Positions 1-8,448 of a stretch of 29,235 nucleotides of DNA are shown here, piece by piece. The DNA lies in contig CAYLSY010000001.1 of assembly GCA_964386275.1 (NCBI GenBank), forward strand, positions 1 to 29,235, written 5' to 3'. Position numbers and translations under genes: made by a program. The stretch comes from an uncultured Hyphomicrobiales bacterium (GTDB lineage Bacteria > Bacteroidota > Ignavibacteria > Kapaibacteriales > UBA2268). Below the pieces are notes generated by a model. The model did no database searches. It had not been told where the DNA came from and was given only the letters and a program-made list of their open reading frames with translations. Position 1 is the stretch's first letter. Each line of letters opens with the position of its first letter.

Positions 1-159
1 TTAGTTAATCAAATTCCATGCCTTAACTATGTGTGCTCGTTTCAGGGACAGTTCACTTCGTTATTATCTAAAAATGGAACTCCGGTCTATGAAATTATGA
101 ATTTACTTGGTCACTCTAGTTTGACCACTACATTAATTTATTTACAGTTATTGCAATAA
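1..159 (+). pseudogene. C-terminal fragment of a tyrosine recombinase/integrase, probably degenerate; 5' end is outside the window
   Basis: Frame +1 reads ...SKNGTPVYEIMNLLGHSSLTTTLIYLQLLQ* (TAA at 157-159). LLGHxxxxTTxxY is the box II motif carrying the catalytic His and Tyr. The expected upstream HxxRH motif is not in frame (reads CSFQGQF). Not in the ORF track. Confidence 0.7.
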
Positions 160-162
160 TAA

Positions 163-183
163 AAACTGTAGCCAAACTGTAGC
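163..183. repeat. Direct repeat AAACTGTAGC x2 (163-172, 174-183); possible integrase arm-type sites
   Basis: Exact 10-bp duplication with 11-bp period, 3 bp after the integrase-like stop. The arm-site role is inference. Confidence 0.5.
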
Positions 184-189
184 GATTAA

Positions 190-233
190 AAATTAAAAAT
201 AAAAAGGCATTTACAAATCGCAGTAAATGCCTT
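190..233 (-). terminator. Intrinsic terminator downstream of tRNA-Asn
   Basis: Perfect 11-bp stem AAGGCATTTAC (204-214) / GTAAATGCCTT (223-233) with an 8-nt loop, followed by a U-rich tract on the minus strand. A weaker T-run on the plus side makes it possibly bidirectional. Confidence 0.85.
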
Positions 234-246
234 ATTTTATTTCTTG

Positions 247-320
247 CTCCTGAGCACAGACTTGAACTGTGGACCCCCTGATTAACAGTCAGGTGCTCTA
301 ACCAGCTGAGCTACTCAGGA
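247..320 (-). tRNA. trnN: tRNA-Asn (anticodon GTT), CCA not encoded
   Basis: Minus strand TCCTGAGTAGCTCAGCTGGTTAGAGCACCTGACTGTTAATCAGGGGGTCCACAGTTCAAGTCTGTGCTCAGGAG. Acceptor stem TCCTGAG/CTCAGGA, anticodon arm CCTGA-CTGTTAA-TCAGG, T-arm CACAG-TTCAAGT-CTGTG; followed by CAA rather than CCA. Confidence 0.97.
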
Positions 321-345
321 ATATGTTTCTCAAAAATTGAGAATT

Positions 346-376
346 CAAATTTAAGAACTTTTTTTGAATTATTAAA
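346..376 (-). promoter_or_regulatory. Possible Bacteroidota-type promoter for tRNA-Asn
   Basis: TAAATTTG at 353-346 matches the TAnnTTTG -7 consensus, 25 nt upstream of the tRNA. Only TTTA at the -33 position. AT-rich context, so a chance match is possible. Confidence 0.3.
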
Positions 377-424
377 AAGAATTTTTTAACTTTAATAAAT
401 TTTTTCCAAAAAAAATGAATTTTT

Positions 425-1624
425 ATGCAAGATTCGGATAAACAAGCATTAAGCGTAACAGAACTTAGCAACCAAATATCAAGAATACTTGAGCAGGAAA
501 TAGGTTTCGTCATTGTTCGAGGCGAAGTATCGAACTATAAACTGCACACTTCCGGTCATCGTTATTTCACATTAAAAGACTCTGGAGCGCAGATTTCATG
601 CACTGTTTGGCGGACCCGCCCTATTGCCTTCAACCCAACAGACGGTATGGAAGTTGTCGTCGAGGGCAATCTTACAGTATATCCACCCCGCGGGCAATAC
701 CAAATCGAATGCCTTACAATGCGTAAATACGGTATGGGCGACCTTTTCGCCAAGTTCGAGGAACTCAAGCAAAAGCTTATGAGCGAAGGTTTGTTTGATT
801 CAGCCAAAAAGCGCAAAATCCCTCAACTACCCTTGAGAATAGGTATTGCTACATCTGCAACTGGCGCAGCATATCACGATATGATTACTACGATTGCCCG
901 AAGAATGCCGCTGGCAACCGTTCTTTTCCGTCCGACGACTGTGCAGGGCGATGCAGCAGCAGCAGACATTGTGCAGGCAATCGCCGATTTGAATGAAAGC
1001 CCATGCGATGTAATAATAATCGGACGTGGAGGCGGCTCAATCGAAGATTTGTGGTGTTTTAACGAAGAAGCAGTCGCCAGAGCCATTTTCGCCTCTGAGA
1101 CGCCTATTGTTTCTGCAGTAGGGCACGAAACCGATTTCACCATCTCTGACTTTACTGCCGACGTAAGGGCAGCAACCCCAACAGCCGCCGCAGAACTTGT
1201 TACTCCGATTACGGCGCAGGAATTAGCGCTCAATATTACGAATTCCGCCGACTACATTACACGCGAGTTAACTGATTTAATATCAACGACTAAATCTGAG
1301 ATTGATTCGTTGGCTACATCTTACGGTTTCCGTCGACTAATGGATAAAATCATGATTTTTTCGCAAAACATTGACGATTTGGAAATCTCGCTCGAGCGCA
1401 GCATAGCAGCCAATTTAAAACAAATATCAAGCCAGATTGAGACCGCTTCGACGGCTTGCGCAATTCTGAACCCGCTTTCACCATTGAAAAAGGGTTTTGC
1501 TTTACTCGAATGTAAGGGCAAAATACTGAAAGCCACGGAAACACTAAATAAATACAAATCGGCACGAATTATCAGGCAAAATGAAAGCGCAATGGTTACA
1601 ATTAATAGCGTTTCATTTATGTAA
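425..1624 (+). CDS. xseA: Exodeoxyribonuclease VII large subunit
   Basis: Motifs LSVTELS, VRGEVSNYK..SGHRYFTLKD (OB-fold), IIIGRGGGSIEDLWCFNEE, SAVGHETDFTISDFTAD.RAATPTAAAE, LNPLSPLKKGFA. Confidence 0.97.
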   Translation: MQDSDKQALSVTELSNQISRILEQEIGFVIVRGEVSNYKLHTSGHRYFTLKDSGAQISCTVWRTRPIAFNPTDGMEVVVEGNLTVYPPRGQYQIECLTMRKYGMGDLFAKFEELKQKLMSEGLFDSAKKRKIPQLPLRIGIATSATGAAYHDMITTIARRMPLATVLFRPTTVQGDAAAADIVQAIADLNESPCDVIIIGRGGGSIEDLWCFNEEAVARAIFASETPIVSAVGHETDFTISDFTADVRAATPTAAAELVTPITAQELALNITNSADYITRELTDLISTTKSEIDSLATSYGFRRLMDKIMIFSQNIDDLEISLERSIAANLKQISSQIETASTACAILNPLSPLKKGFALLECKGKILKATETLNKYKSARIIRQNESAMVTINSVSFM

Positions 1625-1670
1625 AATCAGCAATAATCGCAAATTTCATCGTCTATATTAATTTTTGGCA

Positions 1671-2744
1671 ATGAAAATTAAATCAATACTTATTTGGTCG
1701 GCAATAATCATAGCATTGATAGGTGCGTTAGCTTATAAAATTCTTACTTCCGATGAAACCGCCGATAAGCAGCCAAGGAGCGGTTCAACTACCCCTCTTA
1801 AGGTTCGAGCTGTAGTTGTCAAACCCGAACAGTTTGATAACAAACTTAAAGTCATCGGCAGTTTGGTTGCCAACGAAACAGTAGAAATCAGAAGCGAAAT
1901 TTCAGGAAAAGTAACCTCAATAAATTTCAAGGAAGGCTCGAATATAGCTGCTGGAGCGCTTCTCGTAAAAATCAATGATTCTGAGTTGCAAGCGCAATTG
2001 AAAAAAGCCCAAACCCGCCGATCACTTGCTGTTGAACAAGAAAAACGTCAACGTCAATTGCTCGAAAGCAACGGCACAAGCCAGGAAAATTATGACAAAG
2101 CGCTGAATGAGCTTGAATCTGCCGATGCGGACATCGAACTACTCAAGGCGCAAATCGAAAAGACTGAAATCCGAGCGCCGTTCGCCGGCACAATCGGTTT
2201 TCGTTCAATCAGCCTCGGCAGCTATGTTTCCCCCAATCAACTGATAGCGAATATTTACAGCCTCTCGCCAATCAAACTCGACTTCAACGTCCCCCAAAAA
2301 TACTTTGCTTATATTAAACCCGGACAAGTAGTATCGTTTAGGCTTCCGAACAGCGATAAAGTCGATAAAGCCGAAATAATCGCCATCGAACCGGATATCG
2401 ACCTTTCGACAAGGACTCTTAAAGTTAGAGCGTTATACCCAAATAAAGGTAGAGAGTATATTTCCGGCGTTTTCGTCGAATGCGAATTGGAAGTCAATTT
2501 TGAAAAAGATTCTTACTTAATTCCATCGGAAGCATTGACTGCTGATATATTTTCCAGTAAAGTATATATATATCAAAACGGTAAAGCAGTAGAAAAGCAA
2601 GTTGAAACAGGTGAACGAACTGAAAATCAAGTCCAAATTCGCTCTGGGCTTACAACTGGCGATACCTTAATTACAAGCGGAATTATTCAGCTTAAACAAG
2701 GTCTGCCGGTAACTGTTGAAATCACTGAAAAATCGGAAAATTAG
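1671..2744 (+). CDS. RND efflux periplasmic adaptor (membrane fusion protein)
   Basis: N-terminal TM anchor, VEIRSEISGKV, alpha-hairpin, IRAPFAGTIG, and C-terminal GERTENQVQIRSGL..GD.LI..G. ATG at 1671 preferred over the TTG at 1665. Confidence 0.95.
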   Translation: MKIKSILIWSAIIIALIGALAYKILTSDETADKQPRSGSTTPLKVRAVVVKPEQFDNKLKVIGSLVANETVEIRSEISGKVTSINFKEGSNIAAGALLVKINDSELQAQLKKAQTRRSLAVEQEKRQRQLLESNGTSQENYDKALNELESADADIELLKAQIEKTEIRAPFAGTIGFRSISLGSYVSPNQLIANIYSLSPIKLDFNVPQKYFAYIKPGQVVSFRLPNSDKVDKAEIIAIEPDIDLSTRTLKVRALYPNKGREYISGVFVECELEVNFEKDSYLIPSEALTADIFSSKVYIYQNGKAVEKQVETGERTENQVQIRSGLTTGDTLITSGIIQLKQGLPVTVEITEKSEN

Positions 2745-2745
2745 G

Positions 2746-5700
2746 ATGAGTTTATCTTCTTTAAGCATACAAAGACCGGTTTTGGCAATCGTCATGTCTG
2801 TTACTATTGTCCTGTTCGGCATAATCGGATACACATTTCTCGGCGTACGAGAATATCCGAGCGTCGACCCGCCAATAATCACAGTTACAACAAACTACAC
2901 AGGCGCAAATTCGGACATAATCGAATCGCAAATCACCGAACCGCTCGAAGAATTAATCAACGGTATTGAAGGCATAAGAACTCTAACTTCGGTCAGCCGC
3001 GACGGACGCAGCACCATTACCGTTGAATTCGATGTCAGCTCGGATATGGAAGCCGCTTCGAACGATGTCCGTGATAAAGTATCTCAAGCCGTATCGAAAT
3101 TGCCAAACGATTGCGACCCGCCGATTGTGACAAAAGCCGACGCCGACGCAAGCCCCATCATTATGCTCTACGTCGGCAGTAAATCACGCAGTTTGTTGGA
3201 AATTACCGATATTGCGACGAATGTAATCAAAGAGCGCTTGCAGACATTGCCCGGAGTCAGTCAGGTTATGATTTGGGGCGAAAAGAAGTATTCAATGCGC
3301 CTGTGGTTCGACCCTGCGAAAATGTCTGCGATGAACGTTACACCAATCGATGTCCGAAATGCCCTTGCGAAGGAAAATGTAGAGCTGCCCTCAGGCAAAA
3401 TCGAAGGGCATTATACCGAGTTATCAATTCGCACACTCGGCAGATTGACTACGCCGGAGGAATTCAACAATCTAATTATAAGACAAGACGATATATCAAC
3501 CGTTAGAATGAAAGACATCGGATTTGCCGAGCTGTATCCGGAGAACGACCGCTATTTGTTCCGTCGAAACGACATCCCAATGGTCGGATGCGCCATTGTA
3601 CCGCTGCCCGGCTCAAATCATATCGAAATTTCGGACGGATATTACAAGCGTTTCGAAGAAATCAAGAAAGATATTCCCGAGGATATTAATCTTGAACTCG
3701 GCTTCGATACCACTCAATTCATCAGAAATTCTATTGATGAGGTCAAGGAAACAATTCTATTGGCTTTTGCTCTTGTTATACTGATAATATTCCTATTTTT
3801 AAGAGAATGGCGCACAACGCTAATTCCCATAATTGCCATCCCGATTTCGCTAATCGGAGCTTTTTTCATTATGTATTTGGCAAATTTCTCAATCAACGTC
3901 CTGACATTGCTGGGTGTTGTGCTTGCAATCGGAATAGTGGTCGATGATGCCATTGTTGTGCTTGAAAACATTTACGCCAAGGTCGAAACCGGAATGCCCG
4001 CGCTCCAAGCGGCAATAGCAGGCTCTAAAGAGATATTTTTTGCTATCATTTCCACAACAATTTCGCTTGCATCGGTTTTTCTGCCGGTTATTTTTATTCA
4101 AGGTTTCACCGGTAAGCTGTTTCGTGAATTTGGAATCGTAATCGCAGGCTCGGTAATGATTTCGGCTTTTGTTGCATTGACGTTGACTCCAATGATGAGC
4201 GCCAAGTTCTTAAGTAAAATTAAAGGACATGGAAAATTCTATCACGTGTCCGAGCCGTTTTTTAATTGGATGACATCGAAATACAAAAGCGCGCTCGAAG
4301 GATTTATGAGCCACAGATGGCTATCCTTCATCATAATAGCGGCGTCATCGGCGATACTTGTTTATTTAGGAGCTACTTTGCCGAGCGAGCTTGCGCCGCT
4401 CGAAGACCGTAGCATGCTCCGTCTATCAATGACTGGACCGGAGGGCGCATCGTTTACTTTCATGGATAGAAACGTTAGGCAGCTAACAAGGATGAATATT
4501 GATTCAATAACGGAAGCCAAATCAATATTATCGATGACTTCGCCGGTTTTCGGCGCTTCAAGCGCTGTAAACTCGGCAATGAGTAGAATAATTCTCTGTA
4601 ACCCTCAGGAACGAAAACGAACACAGCAAGACATATCCAAGGTTTTATCACGAAATGCTGCAAAATTCAACGATATCCGCACTTTTGTAATCCAAGAGCA
4701 AACAATTGGCACCAATCGCGGCGGTTTGCCGGTGCAATATGTATTAAATGCCTCGACTCTCGAAAAATTACGACAAGCTATACCTCAATTTCTTGATTCG
4801 GCAAGGAACGACAAGACTTTTCAAATGGTCGATGTCAATTTACGCTTCAATAAACCCGAAATCGATGTCGTAATTAATCGTGAAAAAGCGCGCCAAATCG
4901 GAGTATCAACCGACGACATTGCTCAAACACTCCAGCTTGCGCTCAGCGAACAGCGTTACGGTTATTTCACAATGGAAGGCAAGCAATACCAAGTTACTGG
5001 CACGCTTTTGAAACGCGACCGCGACAAGCCAGCGGATTTAAACACAATCAACGTCAGAGCAAAAGACGGCAGCCTTGTGCAACTGGCTAACCTAGTAACG
5101 ATGAGCGAAGTTGTTACTCCGCCGCAACTATATCATTTCAACAGGTATATATCAGCGACTGTATCGGCAAGTTTGGCTCCGGGCAAGACAATCGGCGACG
5201 GAATAGCTGCAATGGACAGAATCGCAACTAAAACATTGGATGACAACATCAGCACTGCACTTACAGGTCCTTCGCAAGATTTTCAAGAAAGCTCTTCGAG
5301 TTTGTATTTCTCTTTTTTGTTGGCTATTATTCTAATATATTTGACATTGGCAGCGCAATTCGAGAGTTTTCGCGACCCGCTTATAATCATGTTCACAGTA
5401 CCGTTGGCAATAGCCGGAGCGTTGCTATCGCTCTGGTATTTCAGCCAAACAATGAACATTTTCAGCCAAATCGGAATGATTATGTTAATCGGACTTGTAA
5501 CGAAAAACGGAATCTTGATTGTCGAATTTGCCAATCAGAGGAAACAAACAGGACTTGACCGTATGGAAGCAGTCATCGGCGCAGCTACGGCTCGTTTCCG
5601 TCCAATTTTAATGACGAGTTTATCGACAATACTCGGCACTTTACCGATTGCTTTGGCTTTGGGAGCCGGCTCGGGCAGCCGCGTTTCGATGGGAATCGCG

Positions 5701-5808
5701 GTTATCGGAGGATTGGTCTTTTCGACATTGCTTACTTTGTTCGTTATTCCGGCAATGTATTCCTATCTCTCATCAAAAAAGGCTAAAACAGAATATGAGA
5801 ATATTTAA
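2746..5808 (+). CDS. RND efflux permease (AcrB/AcrD/AcrF superfamily, HAE1-like)
   Basis: Starts MSLSSLSIQRPV at the ATG at 2746, 1 nt after the adaptor stop. Has VREYPSVDPP and INVLTLLG; proton-relay motifs GIVVDDAIVVLEN, TKNGILIVEF and RFRPILMT are intact; two blocks of TM helices. Confidence 0.97.
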   Translation: MSLSSLSIQRPVLAIVMSVTIVLFGIIGYTFLGVREYPSVDPPIITVTTNYTGANSDIIESQITEPLEELINGIEGIRTLTSVSRDGRSTITVEFDVSSDMEAASNDVRDKVSQAVSKLPNDCDPPIVTKADADASPIIMLYVGSKSRSLLEITDIATNVIKERLQTLPGVSQVMIWGEKKYSMRLWFDPAKMSAMNVTPIDVRNALAKENVELPSGKIEGHYTELSIRTLGRLTTPEEFNNLIIRQDDISTVRMKDIGFAELYPENDRYLFRRNDIPMVGCAIVPLPGSNHIEISDGYYKRFEEIKKDIPEDINLELGFDTTQFIRNSIDEVKETILLAFALVILIIFLFLREWRTTLIPIIAIPISLIGAFFIMYLANFSINVLTLLGVVLAIGIVVDDAIVVLENIYAKVETGMPALQAAIAGSKEIFFAIISTTISLASVFLPVIFIQGFTGKLFREFGIVIAGSVMISAFVALTLTPMMSAKFLSKIKGHGKFYHVSEPFFNWMTSKYKSALEGFMSHRWLSFIIIAASSAILVYLGATLPSELAPLEDRSMLRLSMTGPEGASFTFMDRNVRQLTRMNIDSITEAKSILSMTSPVFGASSAVNSAMSRIILCNPQERKRTQQDISKVLSRNAAKFNDIRTFVIQEQTIGTNRGGLPVQYVLNASTLEKLRQAIPQFLDSARNDKTFQMVDVNLRFNKPEIDVVINREKARQIGVSTDDIAQTLQLALSEQRYGYFTMEGKQYQVTGTLLKRDRDKPADLNTINVRAKDGSLVQLANLVTMSEVVTPPQLYHFNRYISATVSASLAPGKTIGDGIAAMDRIATKTLDDNISTALTGPSQDFQESSSSLYFSFLLAIILIYLTLAAQFESFRDPLIIMFTVPLAIAGALLSLWYFSQTMNIFSQIGMIMLIGLVTKNGILIVEFANQRKQTGLDRMEAVIGAATARFRPILMTSLSTILGTLPIALALGAGSGSRVSMGIAVIGGLVFSTLLTLFVIPAMYSYLSSKKAKTEYENI

Positions 5809-7138
5809 CAGATTTAATATATCGATTCAATTAATTTTTTTTGCGGCAATTTTGCTGTTTTTTTCGATAAAATGCGCTATTTCCCAAACACCTGAAAAAC
5901 TGTCCTACTCTCAAGCAGTTGAAATTGCTTTGAAAAACAATCTATCGATTTCGATTGCAACAAAATCACTGGATATTAGCGCCAACAACGCTTCTCTTGG
6001 CAACGCAGGATTCTTACCCAAACTGGACGGCACTGCTCAACAGAGCTTCGGCGTTTCGAACACTCACCAAGAATACTTAAACGGCAACGTTAACGACAAA
6101 ACCGGCGCCACATCCAATTCTTTCAGCGCAGGACTGAGCTTGAATTGGACTTTATTCGACGGCATGGGGATGTTCAACCAGCTCGACAAACTAAATGAAA
6201 GTAAAAATACTGCTGCAATTGAGCTTAAAATCAAAGCTGAATCAGTTATCTCGCAAGTTTTCGACTTGTATTACAGCATAGCCAAGCAAGCGGCAATCAT
6301 AGCCCTATGCAAATACTCTGTTGAAATCTCCACAGAACAGGACAGACTTGCTAAGCATAGATTGTCGCTCGGTGCAATTTCCAAGCAAACGGCTCTGCAA
6401 TCGACCGTTTATCTAAACACGGACATATCGACTTTACGCGAAGAAGAGCGTAAGATGAAAAACCTGCAAATTGCTTTGAAGCAGGTTCTGGGACTGAAAA
6501 CCGGTTCGCCTGATATGATAATATCCGATACTTTGCTAATTTCTTTGGCGCCGGCAATTGAAGAATTGCTCGAAACGGCGCTTCAGAACAACAGCTCTAT
6601 TATTTTAGCAAAAAACACTCAAAAGATTTCCGATTTGAATACAAAGATTGCTTCGTCGTCGTTTTATCCCGATATATCTCTTTTTGCCAACCTGAATTAC
6701 CAGAATTCGTCAACACAATCGGGTTTCGCAATAAAAAACGAGAACCTCGGGTTGACATACGGTATTAACCTGTCATATAACATCTTCAATGGGTTCACCA
6801 ACCAAACTGCATATGAGAACAGCATTATCCGGGAAAAGCTCAGCAGCCTCGAAATCGAAGATACCCGGCAAGCCGTCGAATCCGAGCTGCGTCAAGCATA
6901 TAACAACTACGAATTTAGTTTGGAAACATACAACATTGAATCAGCCAATAATGAGTTGGCGTTTGAAAATTTAAAAATTGCAGATGAGCAGTATCGATTG
7001 GGCGCTATATCGCTTGTAGAGATGAGACAGGCACAGTTAAGCGCAATTGATTCGCAAATTAGACTGGTCAACGCCAAATATAATATTATGTATGCAAATA
7101 AAGAGCTGCAGCGAATAGCTGGAATGCTGATACAATGA
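5795..7138 (+). CDS. TolC-family outer-membrane efflux channel
   Basis: Likely start ATG at 5795 (MRIFNRF..., 14-bp overlap with the permease stop). Signal peptide ends CAIS-Q; duplicated OEP halves (ALKNNLSI / ALQNNSSI; LSLNWTLFDG / INLSYNIFNG; YRLGAIS). Confidence 0.93.
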   Translation: MRIFNRFNISIQLIFFAAILLFFSIKCAISQTPEKLSYSQAVEIALKNNLSISIATKSLDISANNASLGNAGFLPKLDGTAQQSFGVSNTHQEYLNGNVNDKTGATSNSFSAGLSLNWTLFDGMGMFNQLDKLNESKNTAAIELKIKAESVISQVFDLYYSIAKQAAIIALCKYSVEISTEQDRLAKHRLSLGAISKQTALQSTVYLNTDISTLREEERKMKNLQIALKQVLGLKTGSPDMIISDTLLISLAPAIEELLETALQNNSSIILAKNTQKISDLNTKIASSSFYPDISLFANLNYQNSSTQSGFAIKNENLGLTYGINLSYNIFNGFTNQTAYENSIIREKLSSLEIEDTRQAVESELRQAYNNYEFSLETYNIESANNELAFENLKIADEQYRLGAISLVEMRQAQLSAIDSQIRLVNAKYNIMYANKELQRIAGMLIQ

Positions 7139-7140
7139 AA

Positions 7141-8436
7141 TTAGCGAACAAGTTGGACTTTTACGACAGCTCGAGATTCTTCGATATAATCCACGCTTAT
7201 AGGCTTGGCAATGAAGATTATTTCGTACAAACCCTGCTGCGCAAATTCTGATGCATGAAAAGTAACCTCCCATGGCACGTTATCCTTGTTTCGAGGAATA
7301 AATACATTTTCCAATAGCTTATCAACCAGTTTTCCATTCAAGTCATAGACATTGCAGTTCATAGTAACATCTTCTTCGACTTTATATTTAATCGTTGTTT
7401 CCGAAGAAAACGGGTTCTGGTCTGCAACAGCCTCGATAATAATGGTCGTAGGAATAGTTAAGCAAGCTGTATCAATGGGGATAATCTTGTTTTTCAGGTA
7501 ACTAAAATAGCATAATTCGTAGCAGTATTCATCTCCTCGACTTGATACTCTATCGTAATAATAAGCATAGTTTCTACCGGGGTTACGGGTTCCCAAACCG
7601 ATTAATTCTGAATTCTGCTTATAGTTTGCAATAGTATCCTTGAACTTGACTCGAGCGCCGGAAATATCGCTGAAAGCCTTTTTTCCTCGAACAAGATAAT
7701 AGCCTGCATTGTATGCTTCCTGAATACTTCGCCATTCTATAGCGACTCTTTTATCGCCTACATAATAAGCTGTGAAATCAACCACTTGGTTCAATGGTTC
7801 TTTGGGTGGTTCGACAGTGTATTTGACATAAGTCAAGCTGGAGTCGTCCATTTCGAGATTTTCGTTGGTAAAGGCATAAACAATTTGGTCTCGAATCAAG
7901 CTGTCTTTGCTTAACTTTGCGGCACAAGCCTGAAAGAAGAACCAAGGTTCGCGGAATGCCAGATTAATATCGACTCGCGATTGGTCTTTTGATGCCAAAA
8001 TGAAAGTTCCCAATTTCAATGATGAATCGGTCGGAATAGTTTTACAATTTTCATATAGTTCGGGACCGGAAAAGACAATCATTAAGCGTCCAGGACGAAC
8101 TTGAGGTATAATATGGTAACTCAAGGGGTCTGGCGCATTTCCGGTGATGGTACCGGGCTGCAATTCCGATGTATTGCTTTCGTATGATAAAGAGTATTTA
8201 TCTTTTGTAATGATTTGAGTTGTGTCGGCAAAAACAATTTCGAAAGTGGCGTTGGCAAACCTGTCCCATGCTTCGCTATTGCGTTGAATATGCAAATCGA
8301 ATTGAATGCTGTCAATATTTATATAATTTTGATTTTTAATGGTAACGGTGGCAAGCAGTTCACGAGCATCTCCCTGAGCAGTCAGATTCAGGAAAGAAGC
8401 AAAAAAAAACAATATTACTAACGAGGAATACTTCAT
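7141..8436 (-). CDS. Secreted 431-aa protein: putative cohesin-like/Ig N-terminal domain plus T9SS type-A-like C-terminal sorting domain
   Basis: Signal peptide ends NLTA-Q. IEWRSIQEAYNAGYYLVR resembles the 'W.T..E.NN.GF' Ig module of FCB secreted proteins. C-terminus QNPFSSETTIKY..NVYDLNGKLV..QGLY..KVQLVR resembles the CTD (PNPF..TTI.Y, YD..G, GxY, terminal K/R). The cohesin-like assignment is weak. Confidence 0.7.
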   Translation of the reverse strand: MKYSSLVILFFFASFLNLTAQGDARELLATVTIKNQNYINIDSIQFDLHIQRNSEAWDRFANATFEIVFADTTQIITKDKYSLSYESNTSELQPGTITGNAPDPLSYHIIPQVRPGRLMIVFSGPELYENCKTIPTDSSLKLGTFILASKDQSRVDINLAFREPWFFFQACAAKLSKDSLIRDQIVYAFTNENLEMDDSSLTYVKYTVEPPKEPLNQVVDFTAYYVGDKRVAIEWRSIQEAYNAGYYLVRGKKAFSDISGARVKFKDTIANYKQNSELIGLGTRNPGRNYAYYYDRVSSRGDEYCYELCYFSYLKNKIIPIDTACLTIPTTIIIEAVADQNPFSSETTIKYKVEEDVTMNCNVYDLNGKLVDKLLENVFIPRNKDNVPWEVTFHASEFAQQGLYEIIFIAKPISVDYIEESRAVVKVQLVR

Positions 8437-8448
8437 AATAGGGCGTAA

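Noticed and set aside
298-513. 71-aa minus-strand ORF
   Set aside because: It overlaps the tRNA, the AT-rich promoter region and the xseA start, and has low-complexity K/F/L content; spurious.
5648-5794. Upstream extension of the TolC ORF, and likewise 2716-2745, 1665-1670 and 29173-29184
   Set aside because: These extensions lie inside the preceding gene or use TTG starts. Downstream ATGs give proper signal peptides or family N-termini.
1671-7138. RND-TolC system as exporter of the giant proteins
   Set aside because: It has an RND permease, not a T1SS ABC transporter. The large proteins have Sec signals and no RTX repeats.
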